Positions 42,131 through 51,211 of a DNA stretch of 52,586 nucleotides are shown here, piece by piece. The first letter of the stretch is position 1. Each line of letters begins with the position of its first letter. Source of the DNA: Pirellulales bacterium. GTDB taxonomy: Bacteria > Planctomycetota > Planctomycetia > Pirellulales > JAICIG01. The position numbers and the translations under genes were made by a program. The DNA lies in NCBI GenBank assembly GCA_040901675.1, contig JBBDYJ010000004.1, positions 1 to 52,586 on the forward strand. Direction: 5' to 3'. Under the pieces are notes generated by a model. It worked only from the letters and a program-made list of their open reading frames with translations, was not told the origin of the DNA and did not search any database.

Positions 42131-42269
42131 GGCGTTCTGGCGGCCTCGGCCGATCTCGGCCGGCCGATTGTTCATCCGCCGGGCGCCGGTTAAGATAAAC
42201 TGCACTTTCGCTGGTTCCCTGTTTTCTCGATAGTGCCGCCCGGCGGGCGGACGGAGGCGTGTACGACGC

Positions 42270-43151
42270 TTGTCACTGGCAGGACAACAATACATCGGCC
42301 CCTATCGGTTGCTGAACGTCGTGAAAACAGGGCAGACGAGCCAGGTTTGGGCGGCGATCAACGACAAGAACCAGGAGCGCTATGCGATCAAGCTGCTGTT
42401 GGCCGACTTTCGCGCCGACCGCCAGCACGTAGCCTACATGAAAAATGAATTCGCGGTGGGCCGAGCGCTCGATCACCAGCGCATCTGCCGCATCTTCGAA
42501 TATGGGGTCGGCGGAAAGATTCCCTACCTGGCCATGGAGTTCTTTCCCTACCCGAACATGAAAGACATCATCCAGCACGTCCTGGACAAGGTCGCCTTCA
42601 TGATCCCCACCATCATCGAGCGGGCGGCCGAAGGCCTGGCCTATTTGAACGAGCAGGGCTGGGTGCACCGCGACGTCAAGCCCGATAACTTTCTGGTCAA
42701 CGAGGAGGGCGATGTCAAGCTGATCGACTTCGCCCTGGCCCTGCGCATCAAGGGAGGCCTGTCACGCATCTTCTCCCGCAAGTCCAAAATCCAGGGCACC
42801 CGCAGCTACATGTCGCCCGAACAGATTCGCGGCAAGCCGCTGGGCGTCCAGTCCGACGTCTACAGTTTCGGCTGCACCGTGTTTCATCTGCTGGCCGCCC
42901 AGCCACCCTTTACGGGCGTCAGCAGCAACGAGCTGTTGACCAAGCACCTGCGGACCACCCCCCCGCCCATCGAAGCCTACAACCGCCAGGTCACCCCCGA
43001 GTTCTCGCAGCTCTTGCAGGCCACCATGGCCAAGCGGCCGCAGGCCCGGCCCGCCTCGCTGGGGGATTTCCTCCGCGAGTTCCGATCCATCAAGGTCTTC
43101 AAGGAACCGCCACGCCCCATTCCCAGTCACGGCCGCGAGAGCGCGGCCTGA
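42270..43151 (+). CDS. Serine/threonine protein kinase (cytoplasmic, kinase domain only)
   Basis: AIK, HRDVKPDN, DFAL, GT.SYMSPEQ, SDVYSFG. Confidence 0.93.
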   Translation: MSLAGQQYIGPYRLLNVVKTGQTSQVWAAINDKNQERYAIKLLLADFRADRQHVAYMKNEFAVGRALDHQRICRIFEYGVGGKIPYLAMEFFPYPNMKDIIQHVLDKVAFMIPTIIERAAEGLAYLNEQGWVHRDVKPDNFLVNEEGDVKLIDFALALRIKGGLSRIFSRKSKIQGTRSYMSPEQIRGKPLGVQSDVYSFGCTVFHLLAAQPPFTGVSSNELLTKHLRTTPPPIEAYNRQVTPEFSQLLQATMAKRPQARPASLGDFLREFRSIKVFKEPPRPIPSHGRESAA

Positions 43152-43178
43152 GCGATCGTCTTTTTCAGCGGCTCGCCC

Positions 43179-44168
43179 ATGGCACCCATCAATCACCGGC
43201 TGGCATTCGAGAAGCCCATCTACGAGCTGGAGGCCCGGCTGGCCGGACTCGAAGCCCAAAGCGATGCTTCGGCCGAGGGCGCCGAGCAGCTCCGCCGCCT
43301 CCGCCGCGAGCTGGCCGAAGTGAAGAAAAAAGTCTTCAGCCGGCTGGAACCCTGGGAAACCGTGCAGGTCGCCCGCCACGACGATCGGCCCAGGACCAAC
43401 GATTACATCCACCTTGTCTTCGACGAGTACGTCGAGTTGCACGGCGATAAGTCGTTCGGCGACGACCGGGCGCTGCTCACCGGCTTCGCCAAGCTCGAGC
43501 AATACAAGGTGCTGCTGGTGGGGCATCAGAAAGGCAAGACGCTCAAGGAGCGCCAGGAGTGCAACTACGGCTGTGCTCATCCCGAGGGCTATCGAAAGGC
43601 TGTCGCCAAGATGAAGCTGGCCGCCAAGTATCGCATGCCGGTGGTCTGCCTCATCGATACGCCCGGCGCGTTTCCCGGCGTCGGCGCGGAGGAACGCGGC
43701 CAGTCCCAGGTGATCGCCAATGCCATGTTCGAGATGTCGCGGCTGCCCACGCCGATCGTCTGCGTGGTCATCGGCGAAGGCGGCTCCGGCGGGGCCCTGG
43801 GCATCGGCCTCGGCGACAAGGTGGCCATGCTCGAGCACGCCTACTACTCGGTCATCAGTCCCGAAGGCTGCTCCGGCATTCTTTGGAAGAGTCCGGCCTA
43901 TGCCGAGCAGGCCGCCCGGGCCTTGAAGATCACTTCCGCCGATCTGTTGGGCTTCGGCGTGGTCGACGACATCATCGACGAGCCCTTGGGAGGCGCCCAC
44001 CGCGACCACCACCAGATGGCGGGCCGCCTGAAGATGTACCTGGTGCGTGCCCTGAAGGAGCTGGTCGGCCGGCCGCTGGAGGCCTTACTCGACGCCCGCT
44101 ACCAGAAGTTCCGCCGCATGGGCGTGTTTTTGGAGAAGGACGAAGCAGTAAGCAGCACGGAGGAATAG
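43179..44168 (+). CDS. accA: Acetyl-CoA carboxylase carboxyltransferase alpha
   Basis: L.FEKPI, VARH..RP, ELHGD, PEGYRKA, IDTPGA.PG..AEERGQ, GEGGSGGAL, YSVISPEG. Confidence 0.98.
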   Translation: MAPINHRLAFEKPIYELEARLAGLEAQSDASAEGAEQLRRLRRELAEVKKKVFSRLEPWETVQVARHDDRPRTNDYIHLVFDEYVELHGDKSFGDDRALLTGFAKLEQYKVLLVGHQKGKTLKERQECNYGCAHPEGYRKAVAKMKLAAKYRMPVVCLIDTPGAFPGVGAEERGQSQVIANAMFEMSRLPTPIVCVVIGEGGSGGALGIGLGDKVAMLEHAYYSVISPEGCSGILWKSPAYAEQAARALKITSADLLGFGVVDDIIDEPLGGAHRDHHQMAGRLKMYLVRALKELVGRPLEALLDARYQKFRRMGVFLEKDEAVSSTEE

Positions 44169-44320
44169 GCGCAACGGCGTTTTCACGTGGACATCCCGCC
44201 CGCCGAACCGAACATAAGAAACATTATCGGACGTTCGGCAGAGGCTCGTAGTGACCCCATTTATGGGGTCCACCGCCGTATAATACCGAGAGATTCCATA
44301 TTCCGTCCCAACGCCCGATT

Positions 44321-45013
44321 ATGAGCCTCGCTTATCGGCCGCACGCCGACGCCGCGCAAATCTTGGTCGAGGGCCAACGCCTCGACCAGCCGGCCTTCCA
44401 CGCGCTGTACGAGCAGATGCCGCCGCCGGCCCGAGCCGAGCTGATCGGAGGAGTCGTCTACATGCCTTCTCCCCTCGGCTCCGAGCACGGCGACGTGAGC
44501 GCCGCCGTGGTTATTTGGCTTGGCCACTACGCGGCCTCGACCCCCGGTGTCCGCGCCACGCTCAACACTTCCACCATGCTGGGCCCTCTCAGCGAAGTCC
44601 AGCCGGATGCCTCGCTGCGTATCCTCGAACAATTTGGCGGCCAGACCCGCACCGAGCCGAGGTACCTGGTCGGTGCTCCGGAGTTGGTGGTCGAGGTGGC
44701 TCGCAGCAGCCGCTACATCGACCTGGGTCCCAAGCTCTGGGACTACGAGCGCGGCGGGGTCCGCGAGTACGTGGTGGTGGCGCTGGATCCCTACCAGGTC
44801 TTCTGGTTCATCCGCGGCGCCAGTGAACTCGAGCCGCTCGAACCGGGGGCGGACGGCTTCTTCCGCTCCGCCGTCTTTCCCGGTTTGTGGCTGGACCCGA
44901 AGGCGCTCGGAGAAGGCAACCTGGCCGCCCTGCGCGCCGCAGTCGACCTGGGCCTGACCACGCCCGAGCACCAGGCCCTCGCCGCTCGGCTCCGCCAGGC
45001 CGCCTCGCAGTGA
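44321..45013 (+). CDS. Uma2 family (PD-(D/E)xK) endonuclease-like protein
   Basis: AELIGGVVYMPSP..H, QPD, GAPELVVEVA.SS...D...K..Y...GV.EY.V, S.VFPGLWL. Confidence 0.9.
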   Translation: MSLAYRPHADAAQILVEGQRLDQPAFHALYEQMPPPARAELIGGVVYMPSPLGSEHGDVSAAVVIWLGHYAASTPGVRATLNTSTMLGPLSEVQPDASLRILEQFGGQTRTEPRYLVGAPELVVEVARSSRYIDLGPKLWDYERGGVREYVVVALDPYQVFWFIRGASELEPLEPGADGFFRSAVFPGLWLDPKALGEGNLAALRAAVDLGLTTPEHQALAARLRQAASQ

Positions 45014-45035
45014 GCCTATTGCACCTGCTCAGCTC

Positions 45036-45100
45036 CGGGTGCCTGGTGGCAAAGCGGACTTCGGCGAGCTCAGTCGAGTCGTAGCGTGCCCCAGTTCTTC
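45036..45100 (-). repeat. Family B hairpin carrying one 24-bp unit
   Basis: rc: ctggggcacgctac-GACTCGACTGAGCTCGCCGAAGTC-cgctttgccaccaggcaccc. Confidence 0.88.
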
Positions 45101-45112
45101 GTCCGTCCAGCC

Positions 45113-45649
45113 TCATCGCCTCATCGCCTCATCGTTCCTCCACCCGAGCTGTTCTTCCAGCTCCTCCAGGTACGGCCCCAGCACCTCGTGGATTTCCCGC
45201 GGCATGATCGGGTCGGCTCGGTCGATCAGCACCGCGATGTAATACCCGCTCCGCGATTCGAGGACCATCTGCCGCCCGCTTGCCGACAGCGTCACGGCGA
45301 AGAACGTAATCGCCACGCACAACAGCACGCCCTTGGCCGCCCCGAACAGCCCGCCGATCTGCCGGTCGAATTCCTTGAGCTTCACCCGGTCGATCACGCC
45401 CGACACCAGCCGGAACGCCATCCAGATCAAGAGCGACGTGCCCAGGTACAACAGCAGCATGGCCGCGAAGCGGTTCCACGGCTCACGTTCACTCAGATAG
45501 GGCGCCAGCGTCCCGCTGAACTTGAGCGCCACCAGGTAGCTGACCACCAGCGAGCTGAGCGAGGCGAGCTGCCAGGCCATTCCCTTGAACGCGCCGAACA
45601 GCGTCGCGCCGACCAGCACCGTCAGCATGGCGATATCGTAACCTTGCAT
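45113..45649 (-). CDS. CvpA family (colicin V production) membrane protein
   Basis: D......GA.KG, four TM segments, DRQIGGLFGAAKG. Confidence 0.9.
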   Translation of the reverse strand: MQGYDIAMLTVLVGATLFGAFKGMAWQLASLSSLVVSYLVALKFSGTLAPYLSEREPWNRFAAMLLLYLGTSLLIWMAFRLVSGVIDRVKLKEFDRQIGGLFGAAKGVLLCVAITFFAVTLSASGRQMVLESRSGYYIAVLIDRADPIMPREIHEVLGPYLEELEEQLGWRNDEAMRR

Positions 45650-45945
45650 CCATTCAGCTCCCGCGTCCCAATCATCGCTCAAAGTAGCAGGCACACTCCG
45701 TGTGCCGCAGCTTTTCGTAGCAGGCACACTCCGTGTGCCGTAGCTCGCGTTCCTTAGCGCCACCCATGTTCAGTTCTTCCGCCAAGTATAGTGCCGCGGG
45801 CAGGCCCGGCGAAGGCCAGTCCGTGCCTTCCACGCGCCGCTGTTGCTCTTGGCCGGCCGGACCATTTCCGCTACAGTTCGCCCCGCCGATTTCGCCCCAA
45901 CCGCGCACGCTCGCAAGGCTTATTCCTCCTTTCCATCTTTCCTCA

Positions 45946-46647
45946 ATGGCCGGCTTCAAAGCTCACATCACCACCAGCGGCTTGCTCGGCCTTGGATACG
46001 GCGGCCTGGCACTGGCCATGTTCGACGTGCCCCCGTCCACCTGTGTCCTGGCCGGCTGCCTGTGCGGTGTGTCAGGGATGCTCCCGGATCTCGACAGCGG
46101 CCCCGGCGTGCCACTCCGCGAGAGCCTGGCCTTCGCCGCCGCCGTGGTGCCCATGATGATGATCGACCGGGCCCGCCACATGGGCTTGTCGTTCGAGATG
46201 ATCGCCCTGGCCGGCAGCCTGCTTTACTTGCTGATCCGCTTCGGGCTGGGTTGGGCGCTGCGGAAATACACCGTGCACCGCGGGATGTTCCACAGCCTGC
46301 CGGCCGCGCTGATTGCCGGCGAGATTGCCTTTCTCGTGTGCAGCTCGGGCGATCTGACGATCCGTTATTACAAGGCGGGCGCCGTCGTCGTGGGGTTCAT
46401 GTCGCACTTGCTGCTCGACGAGCTGTACAGCATCGAGTGGTACCGCGGACGCCTGCGTCTGAAGCGATCGTTCGGCACGGCGGTCAAAGTCTGGGGCGAC
46501 AGCCTCTGGGCCAACTTCTCCACGTATGCCAAGCTGGCGATCCTCACGCTCCTGGCATTGCGCGATCCGATCTGGATCGACGTCTCCCCCACCGGCAAGC
46601 AGCTCCACGAGGTCGCCACGACGCTCTTGGACCAGGTCTGGCGCTAA
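45946..46647 (+). CDS. Membrane-bound metal-dependent hydrolase (YdjM-like)
   Basis: F..H, LPDLD, HRGMFHS, SHLLLDE. Confidence 0.9.
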   Translation: MAGFKAHITTSGLLGLGYGGLALAMFDVPPSTCVLAGCLCGVSGMLPDLDSGPGVPLRESLAFAAAVVPMMMIDRARHMGLSFEMIALAGSLLYLLIRFGLGWALRKYTVHRGMFHSLPAALIAGEIAFLVCSSGDLTIRYYKAGAVVVGFMSHLLLDELYSIEWYRGRLRLKRSFGTAVKVWGDSLWANFSTYAKLAILTLLALRDPIWIDVSPTGKQLHEVATTLLDQVWR

Positions 46648-47081
46648 GTATCGACGATCAACGTCACCGGACCGTCGTTGACCAGCGAAACCATCATCTG
46701 CCGCCGGAACTGTCCGGTCGCCACTTCGACCCCCAAACGGCGCACCGATTCGACGAACGTGTTGTACAGCGCCTCGGCCTGCTCCGGCCCGGCCGCGGCC
46801 GTGAAGCTCGGCCGCCGTCCGCGCCGGCAGTCGCCCAGCAGCGTGAACTGGCTCACGACCAGCATCCCTCCGCCCACGTCGGCCAGCGCCAGGTTCATCT
46901 TGCCCTCGCCATCTTCGAAAACACGCAGGCCGGCCAGCTTGTCCGCCAGCCAGCCGGCCTCCACGTCGGTGTCGCCCGCGGCCACGCCCAAAAGGACCAG
47001 CAGGCCCCGGCCGATCCGCGCCGTGACTTGCCCCTCTACGCTCACGTTCGCCTCCTTGACCCGCTGCACGCAGGCTCGCAT
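46644..47081 (-). CDS. dtd: D-aminoacyl-tRNA deacylase
   Basis: MRA.VQRV..A.V, LR.F.D..GKMN, VSQFTL, G.RPSF, NDGPVT. Confidence 0.97.
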   Translation of the reverse strand: MRACVQRVKEANVSVEGQVTARIGRGLLVLLGVAAGDTDVEAGWLADKLAGLRVFEDGEGKMNLALADVGGGMLVVSQFTLLGDCRRGRRPSFTAAAGPEQAEALYNTFVESVRRLGVEVATGQFRRQMMVSLVNDGPVTLIVDT

Positions 47082-47222
47082 CAGTCCATCTCCTCAAAGT
47101 AGGTCGGCGGTGGCCAGCGTGATGTGCAGCAAGCCGGTCATTTTTCCCCCCGGATGCTTCAATCGTCCCTTGTTACCGCTTATACTCACTACGTTGGTAG
47201 ATCCCATCGGAGAGCGTAAGCG

Positions 47223-49079
47223 ATGCGCCGCATTCTGTCATTAGCCGCGATTCTGTTGTCCACCACCTCGATTTCCGGTTGCGGGTCCAGCACCCCCACC
47301 ACTGCACCGGGTCCGCCGCCGCAGACGTCTGCCGATCCTGCAGCGCCCGCCGCGGCCGCTGCACCGGCCGCCGAACCGTCGGCCGCGGACGCTCAGCCAT
47401 CAGGTGCGGCGCCATCCGCCGTTCCGGCGGCCCCCGCGGCCGATGCCACGGCCGCCACCCCGGCGCCGTCGTCCCCGGTTGTCGGTCCCAAGATCGTCGA
47501 CTCGATCAGTCTGCCGCCACCCGCGGTCGGCGCGACGGCCGGTGCGACGGCAGACGCCGCTCCTCTCGACACCACGTTCATTCCGGCCGACGCCTTCGCG
47601 GCCCTGGTCGTCCACCCCAGCCAGATCCTCATGGCGCCCGAACTGCAACCGCTTCGCCCGATGCTCGCCGCCGCAACTGCTCAAACCGGGCTGGATCTCA
47701 CTCAGATTCGGCAAGTCGTGCTCCTGTTCGGTAAAGGTCAGGCTGAAGCAGAGCAGTATGGGATGATCCTCCGGTTTACGGAGCCGTTTGCCCAGGATCA
47801 GTTGCTGGCCCGCCTGGTGCCCGGCGCGCAGCAGGTCACGCAGGAGATGATCACCTATTATCGCGCGGCAATCCCCAACCGCCCCAGCCTCTCGTTCGTC
47901 GATGATCGGACCATCGTCTTCGGACCCGAGACGAAACTGCTGGCGATGCTGGCGGCCAAGGAGGTCGACAGCCCGCTGATCCAGCAACTTCGCACGCTCG
48001 ATAGCTCGTCCATATTTCTGGCGGCCTGCCTCCTCGATCCGGTCCGAGCGGAGATAACGGCGGCCATCAACAAGCGCCCCGTGCCGGCCCAGTACGCCGA
48101 GTTCACGAAGATTCCAGACCACATCTCCAGCATCACGGTATCGTCCAGCATGACGACGATGCAGGTCAACGTGATTGCCAAGGACGACCAGGCGGCAGCC
48201 ACGCTCGCCGCCATGCTTGAAAAAGGAAAACAAACGGCCTTGACAAACTTCGACGCCCAGTTGGCCCAGCAGCAGTTGCAGTTGCCCCCGGCTCAAAAAG
48301 AGATGGGCGAAAAGCTGCAGCAATCGTTGCGGCAGTTTATCTCGGCGATTCAATCCCGAGTCGACGGAAACCGTCTGCTGGTCCAGTTGCACAGTTCGTC
48401 CGGCGACGCCGAGATGGCCGTCGCGTCGGTAGCGCTGTTGTTGCCCGCGATTCAAGCCGCTCGCGAGGCGGCCCGGCGATCGGTGTCGACCAACAACCTC
48501 AAGCAGATCGGCGCCGCTCTGCTGAAGCATCACGAAACCCACAAAAAACTTCCGGCCGCGGCCAGCTTCGATGCAGGCAACACGCCGCTGTTGAGTTGGC
48601 GAGTGCACCTGCTGCCAATGTTAGGGCAGGAGGCCTTGTACAAGGAGTTCAAGCTCAACGAGGCTTGGGACAGCCCGCACAATCAGACGCTCATCGCCCG
48701 CATGCCCGACGTCTATGCCAATCCCGCTCTCAGCGTTCAGCCGGGCCACACCACTTACGTGCTGATCGTCGGCGAAGGCACCGCCTTCAGCGGCCGCGAG
48801 GGTATTCCGCTGGCCAACATCACGGACGGCGCCGCCAACATGCTCATCACCGTCGAGGCCAACCCGGAGTACGCAATCGCCTGGACCCGGCCGCTCGACC
48901 TGTCGTTCCCATCGTTCGAGCCCGGCGCGGTCGTGGGCAAGATTCGGACCGGCGGGTTCCTGGGCCTGTTTGCCGACGGCAGCGTGCGTTTCGTGAAGAC
49001 CCTCACCGACGAGGTCTTCCGCGCGCTATGCACCCGCGCCGGCAACGAGGTCATCCCCCCCGGCACCCTCGATCCGTAG
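47223..49079 (+). CDS. DUF1559 domain lipoprotein with Ala/Pro linker
   Basis: Lipobox [51 protein letters not shown]. Confidence 0.9.
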   Translation: MRRILSLAAILLSTTSISGCGSSTPTTAPGPPPQTSADPAAPAAAAAPAAEPSAADAQPSGAAPSAVPAAPAADATAATPAPSSPVVGPKIVDSISLPPPAVGATAGATADAAPLDTTFIPADAFAALVVHPSQILMAPELQPLRPMLAAATAQTGLDLTQIRQVVLLFGKGQAEAEQYGMILRFTEPFAQDQLLARLVPGAQQVTQEMITYYRAAIPNRPSLSFVDDRTIVFGPETKLLAMLAAKEVDSPLIQQLRTLDSSSIFLAACLLDPVRAEITAAINKRPVPAQYAEFTKIPDHISSITVSSSMTTMQVNVIAKDDQAAATLAAMLEKGKQTALTNFDAQLAQQQLQLPPAQKEMGEKLQQSLRQFISAIQSRVDGNRLLVQLHSSSGDAEMAVASVALLLPAIQAAREAARRSVSTNNLKQIGAALLKHHETHKKLPAAASFDAGNTPLLSWRVHLLPMLGQEALYKEFKLNEAWDSPHNQTLIARMPDVYANPALSVQPGHTTYVLIVGEGTAFSGREGIPLANITDGAANMLITVEANPEYAIAWTRPLDLSFPSFEPGAVVGKIRTGGFLGLFADGSVRFVKTLTDEVFRALCTRAGNEVIPPGTLDP

Positions 49080-49104
49080 ATCGGGAACCCAATCAAATTC
49101 CGTT

Positions 49105-50016
49105 CTACGACGGCGCCCCCACGCGCGCTCGCCCCGCCGCCTCCTGCTCAGGATTGTTGCCCCCCTGCTCCGCGACCCGCTCGCCGTCCCACTCGCGGCG
49201 GTTGATCGGGTAATCGCCCGGCGGACCGATAAAGGGCAGCGCCAGCATCCAGGGCAACCGGTCGACGCGCTCGTCGCGGAACTGGGCCAGACCGATCGTC
49301 ATCCGCTCGTGTCCCCGAGCTGGCTGCGAACGGTAGGTGCCGAACAAAAAGTCCCACCAGGGCAAATTGAAGCCGAAGTTGCTGTTGGTCTCGCGCACCA
49401 TGGCCGAGTGGTGTACCCGGTGCATGTCTGGCGTGACCACCAGCAGCCGCAGCAGACGGTCCAGCCAGTCGGGCATCCTCAAATTGGCGTGGTTGAACAT
49501 CGACGTCGCGTTCAACAGCACCTCGAAGATCAGCACGCCCAGGGCCGGGCAGCCGAGCGCTGCCACCGCCGCCAGCTTGATGCCCAGCGAGAGCAGAATC
49601 TCAACCGTGTGGAAACGCACTCCCGTCGTCACGTCGAAGTCGAGATCGGCATGGTGAACCATGTGCAGCCGCCATAAGGCCGGCACGGCATGAAACAACA
49701 CGTGCTGCAGGTAGATCACCAGGTCCAGGGCCACCACCGACGCCGCCACGGCCAGCCAGCCCGGCAGCGCCACGTTGTTCAACAGGCCCCAACCACGCTG
49801 TTCCGCGACGACCGCCATCCCCACGGCCCCCGCCGGCAGCAGCAAGCGCAGCCCCAAGGTGTTAAGCGCCACCAGGCCCAGGTTGCTCGACCAGCGAAGC
49901 CTCTTGGCGACCTGGTTGTGCCGCCGCGGGAACAGCAACTCGGCAAAGGCCAGTAGCACCAGCACGCCGAAAAAAAAGCCCAGCCGGGTTGCCGACTCGT
50001 AGGATAGAAAGTTCAC
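49105..50016 (-). CDS. Sterol desaturase / fatty acid hydroxylase family protein
   Basis: His boxes HVLFH, HMVHH, FNH, HRVHH; NSNFGFNL.WWD.LFGTY. Confidence 0.93.
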   Translation of the reverse strand: MNFLSYESATRLGFFFGVLVLLAFAELLFPRRHNQVAKRLRWSSNLGLVALNTLGLRLLLPAGAVGMAVVAEQRGWGLLNNVALPGWLAVAASVVALDLVIYLQHVLFHAVPALWRLHMVHHADLDFDVTTGVRFHTVEILLSLGIKLAAVAALGCPALGVLIFEVLLNATSMFNHANLRMPDWLDRLLRLLVVTPDMHRVHHSAMVRETNSNFGFNLPWWDFLFGTYRSQPARGHERMTIGLAQFRDERVDRLPWMLALPFIGPPGDYPINRREWDGERVAEQGGNNPEQEAAGRARVGAPS

Positions 50017-50170
50017 AGCGGGCTCTCGAGCTTGGCGAGGCGGATAAAGAAGCTGCCCTCTGCAAGGGCGCAAGAAGGCTCCTATCGAATGCTAGCGGCG
50101 CCGCGACTGCCCTCCCAGGGCGCTCGGGGTGATAGACTCCCCCGGCCCGATAAGCATCGTTTATGAAGGC

Positions 50171-50470
50171 CTAGGAGATGAGCACAGTGGGACATCCGGC
50201 CACGATGGTTCCACCGTGTGCGGTCAAGTCTCCCATTCTTGCCGCGGGCTGCCCGCCGATCAGCACCTTCATGCTCCCCAGTGCAATTACGTCGGGCGGC
50301 CCCACGCACACGCATATATCTCCCACTCGTGCAGCCGGCATTCCGCCGATCAGCACCGGAATTCCGCCGGGCGGCAGGACCGGCCCGCCCACGTGCGGTA
50401 TCGGCGGCGTCCCGGGAGTGGCCATCGGGCAGACGTGCATGTCTCCCACTCTCGCAGCCGGTTGACCCAT
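50171..50470 (-). CDS. PAAR domain protein (T6SS spike tip)
   Basis: Three PAAR motifs; Cys/His metal ligands. Confidence 0.96.
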   Translation of the reverse strand: MGQPAARVGDMHVCPMATPGTPPIPHVGGPVLPPGGIPVLIGGMPAARVGDICVCVGPPDVIALGSMKVLIGGQPAARMGDLTAHGGTIVAGCPTVLIS

Positions 50471-50650
50471 GAGATGCTCCCCTTACCGTTCCACTTGAAC
50501 TCTTGTCCTATACTTGCACGATCGGGGTTTCTCCTCTTCGGGTGCCACTGCTGGCTTGCCCAGCAGTGTTCGCCCCGTTCACCCGGTGCCCTTCACTCGT
50601 GCCTTCCTATTCCTCCTTCCTCCTTCTGCCTTCTGCCTTCCCCCTGCCCC

Positions 50651-51211
50651 CTACCTCAACGCTTCCAGCCCCTTTTTCACGAACCGTGCGTACTTCTCAT
50701 TGGCCTTTTCCGGTTTGCGAGCCACGCCGGCCAAGAGCACCGCGCCGCCCACTGCCCTGCCCGCCAGCGCCTCACCAGGAGGGATGGCCGCTATGCCCTC
50801 CGGCCCCAGGCTCCCCTCGCTCAAGAAGGCTGCCATGGCCGCGCATCCGGCGGCCGTGCCCAGCGGAGAAGCTTTGGCGGCGTCCATGGCCGCCCGCCGG
50901 TGTTCTTCGCTCGGATCGGCGACCCAAGCCTCGGCCGCGGCAAGAGCCGCCGCTTCTTGGGGGGTAGGCCCTTCCACTTGGGCGGCGCACCAGCAGGCCC
51001 ACCGCACCGCCTCACGTCTCGGCAACGCCTGGGCCAGCACCTTGGCCGCGTCGGCCGACGCTCCTCGTTCGAGCAGCCGCTGGACGAACTGCCCGGCGGT
51101 ATCGCCGGGGTCTAATGCGGCCGCGGCAGCCGGCGACAATTCCACCTCGCGCCAGACTTGCGTGGCCCGCTCGTTCGCACTCGCCATGGCACTTTCCGTC
51201 ATCCCCGTCAC
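50651..51211 (-). CDS. DUF6931-like (Imm5-like) vgrG-associated protein
   Basis: A.ALP.REAV.WAC.C, AA.AWV.DPSE..RRAA, GSL.P; directly after vgrG. Confidence 0.8.
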   Translation of the reverse strand: MTGMTESAMASANERATQVWREVELSPAAAAALDPGDTAGQFVQRLLERGASADAAKVLAQALPRREAVRWACWCAAQVEGPTPQEAAALAAAEAWVADPSEEHRRAAMDAAKASPLGTAAGCAAMAAFLSEGSLGPEGIAAIPPGEALAGRAVGGAVLLAGVARKPEKANEKYARFVKKGLEALR

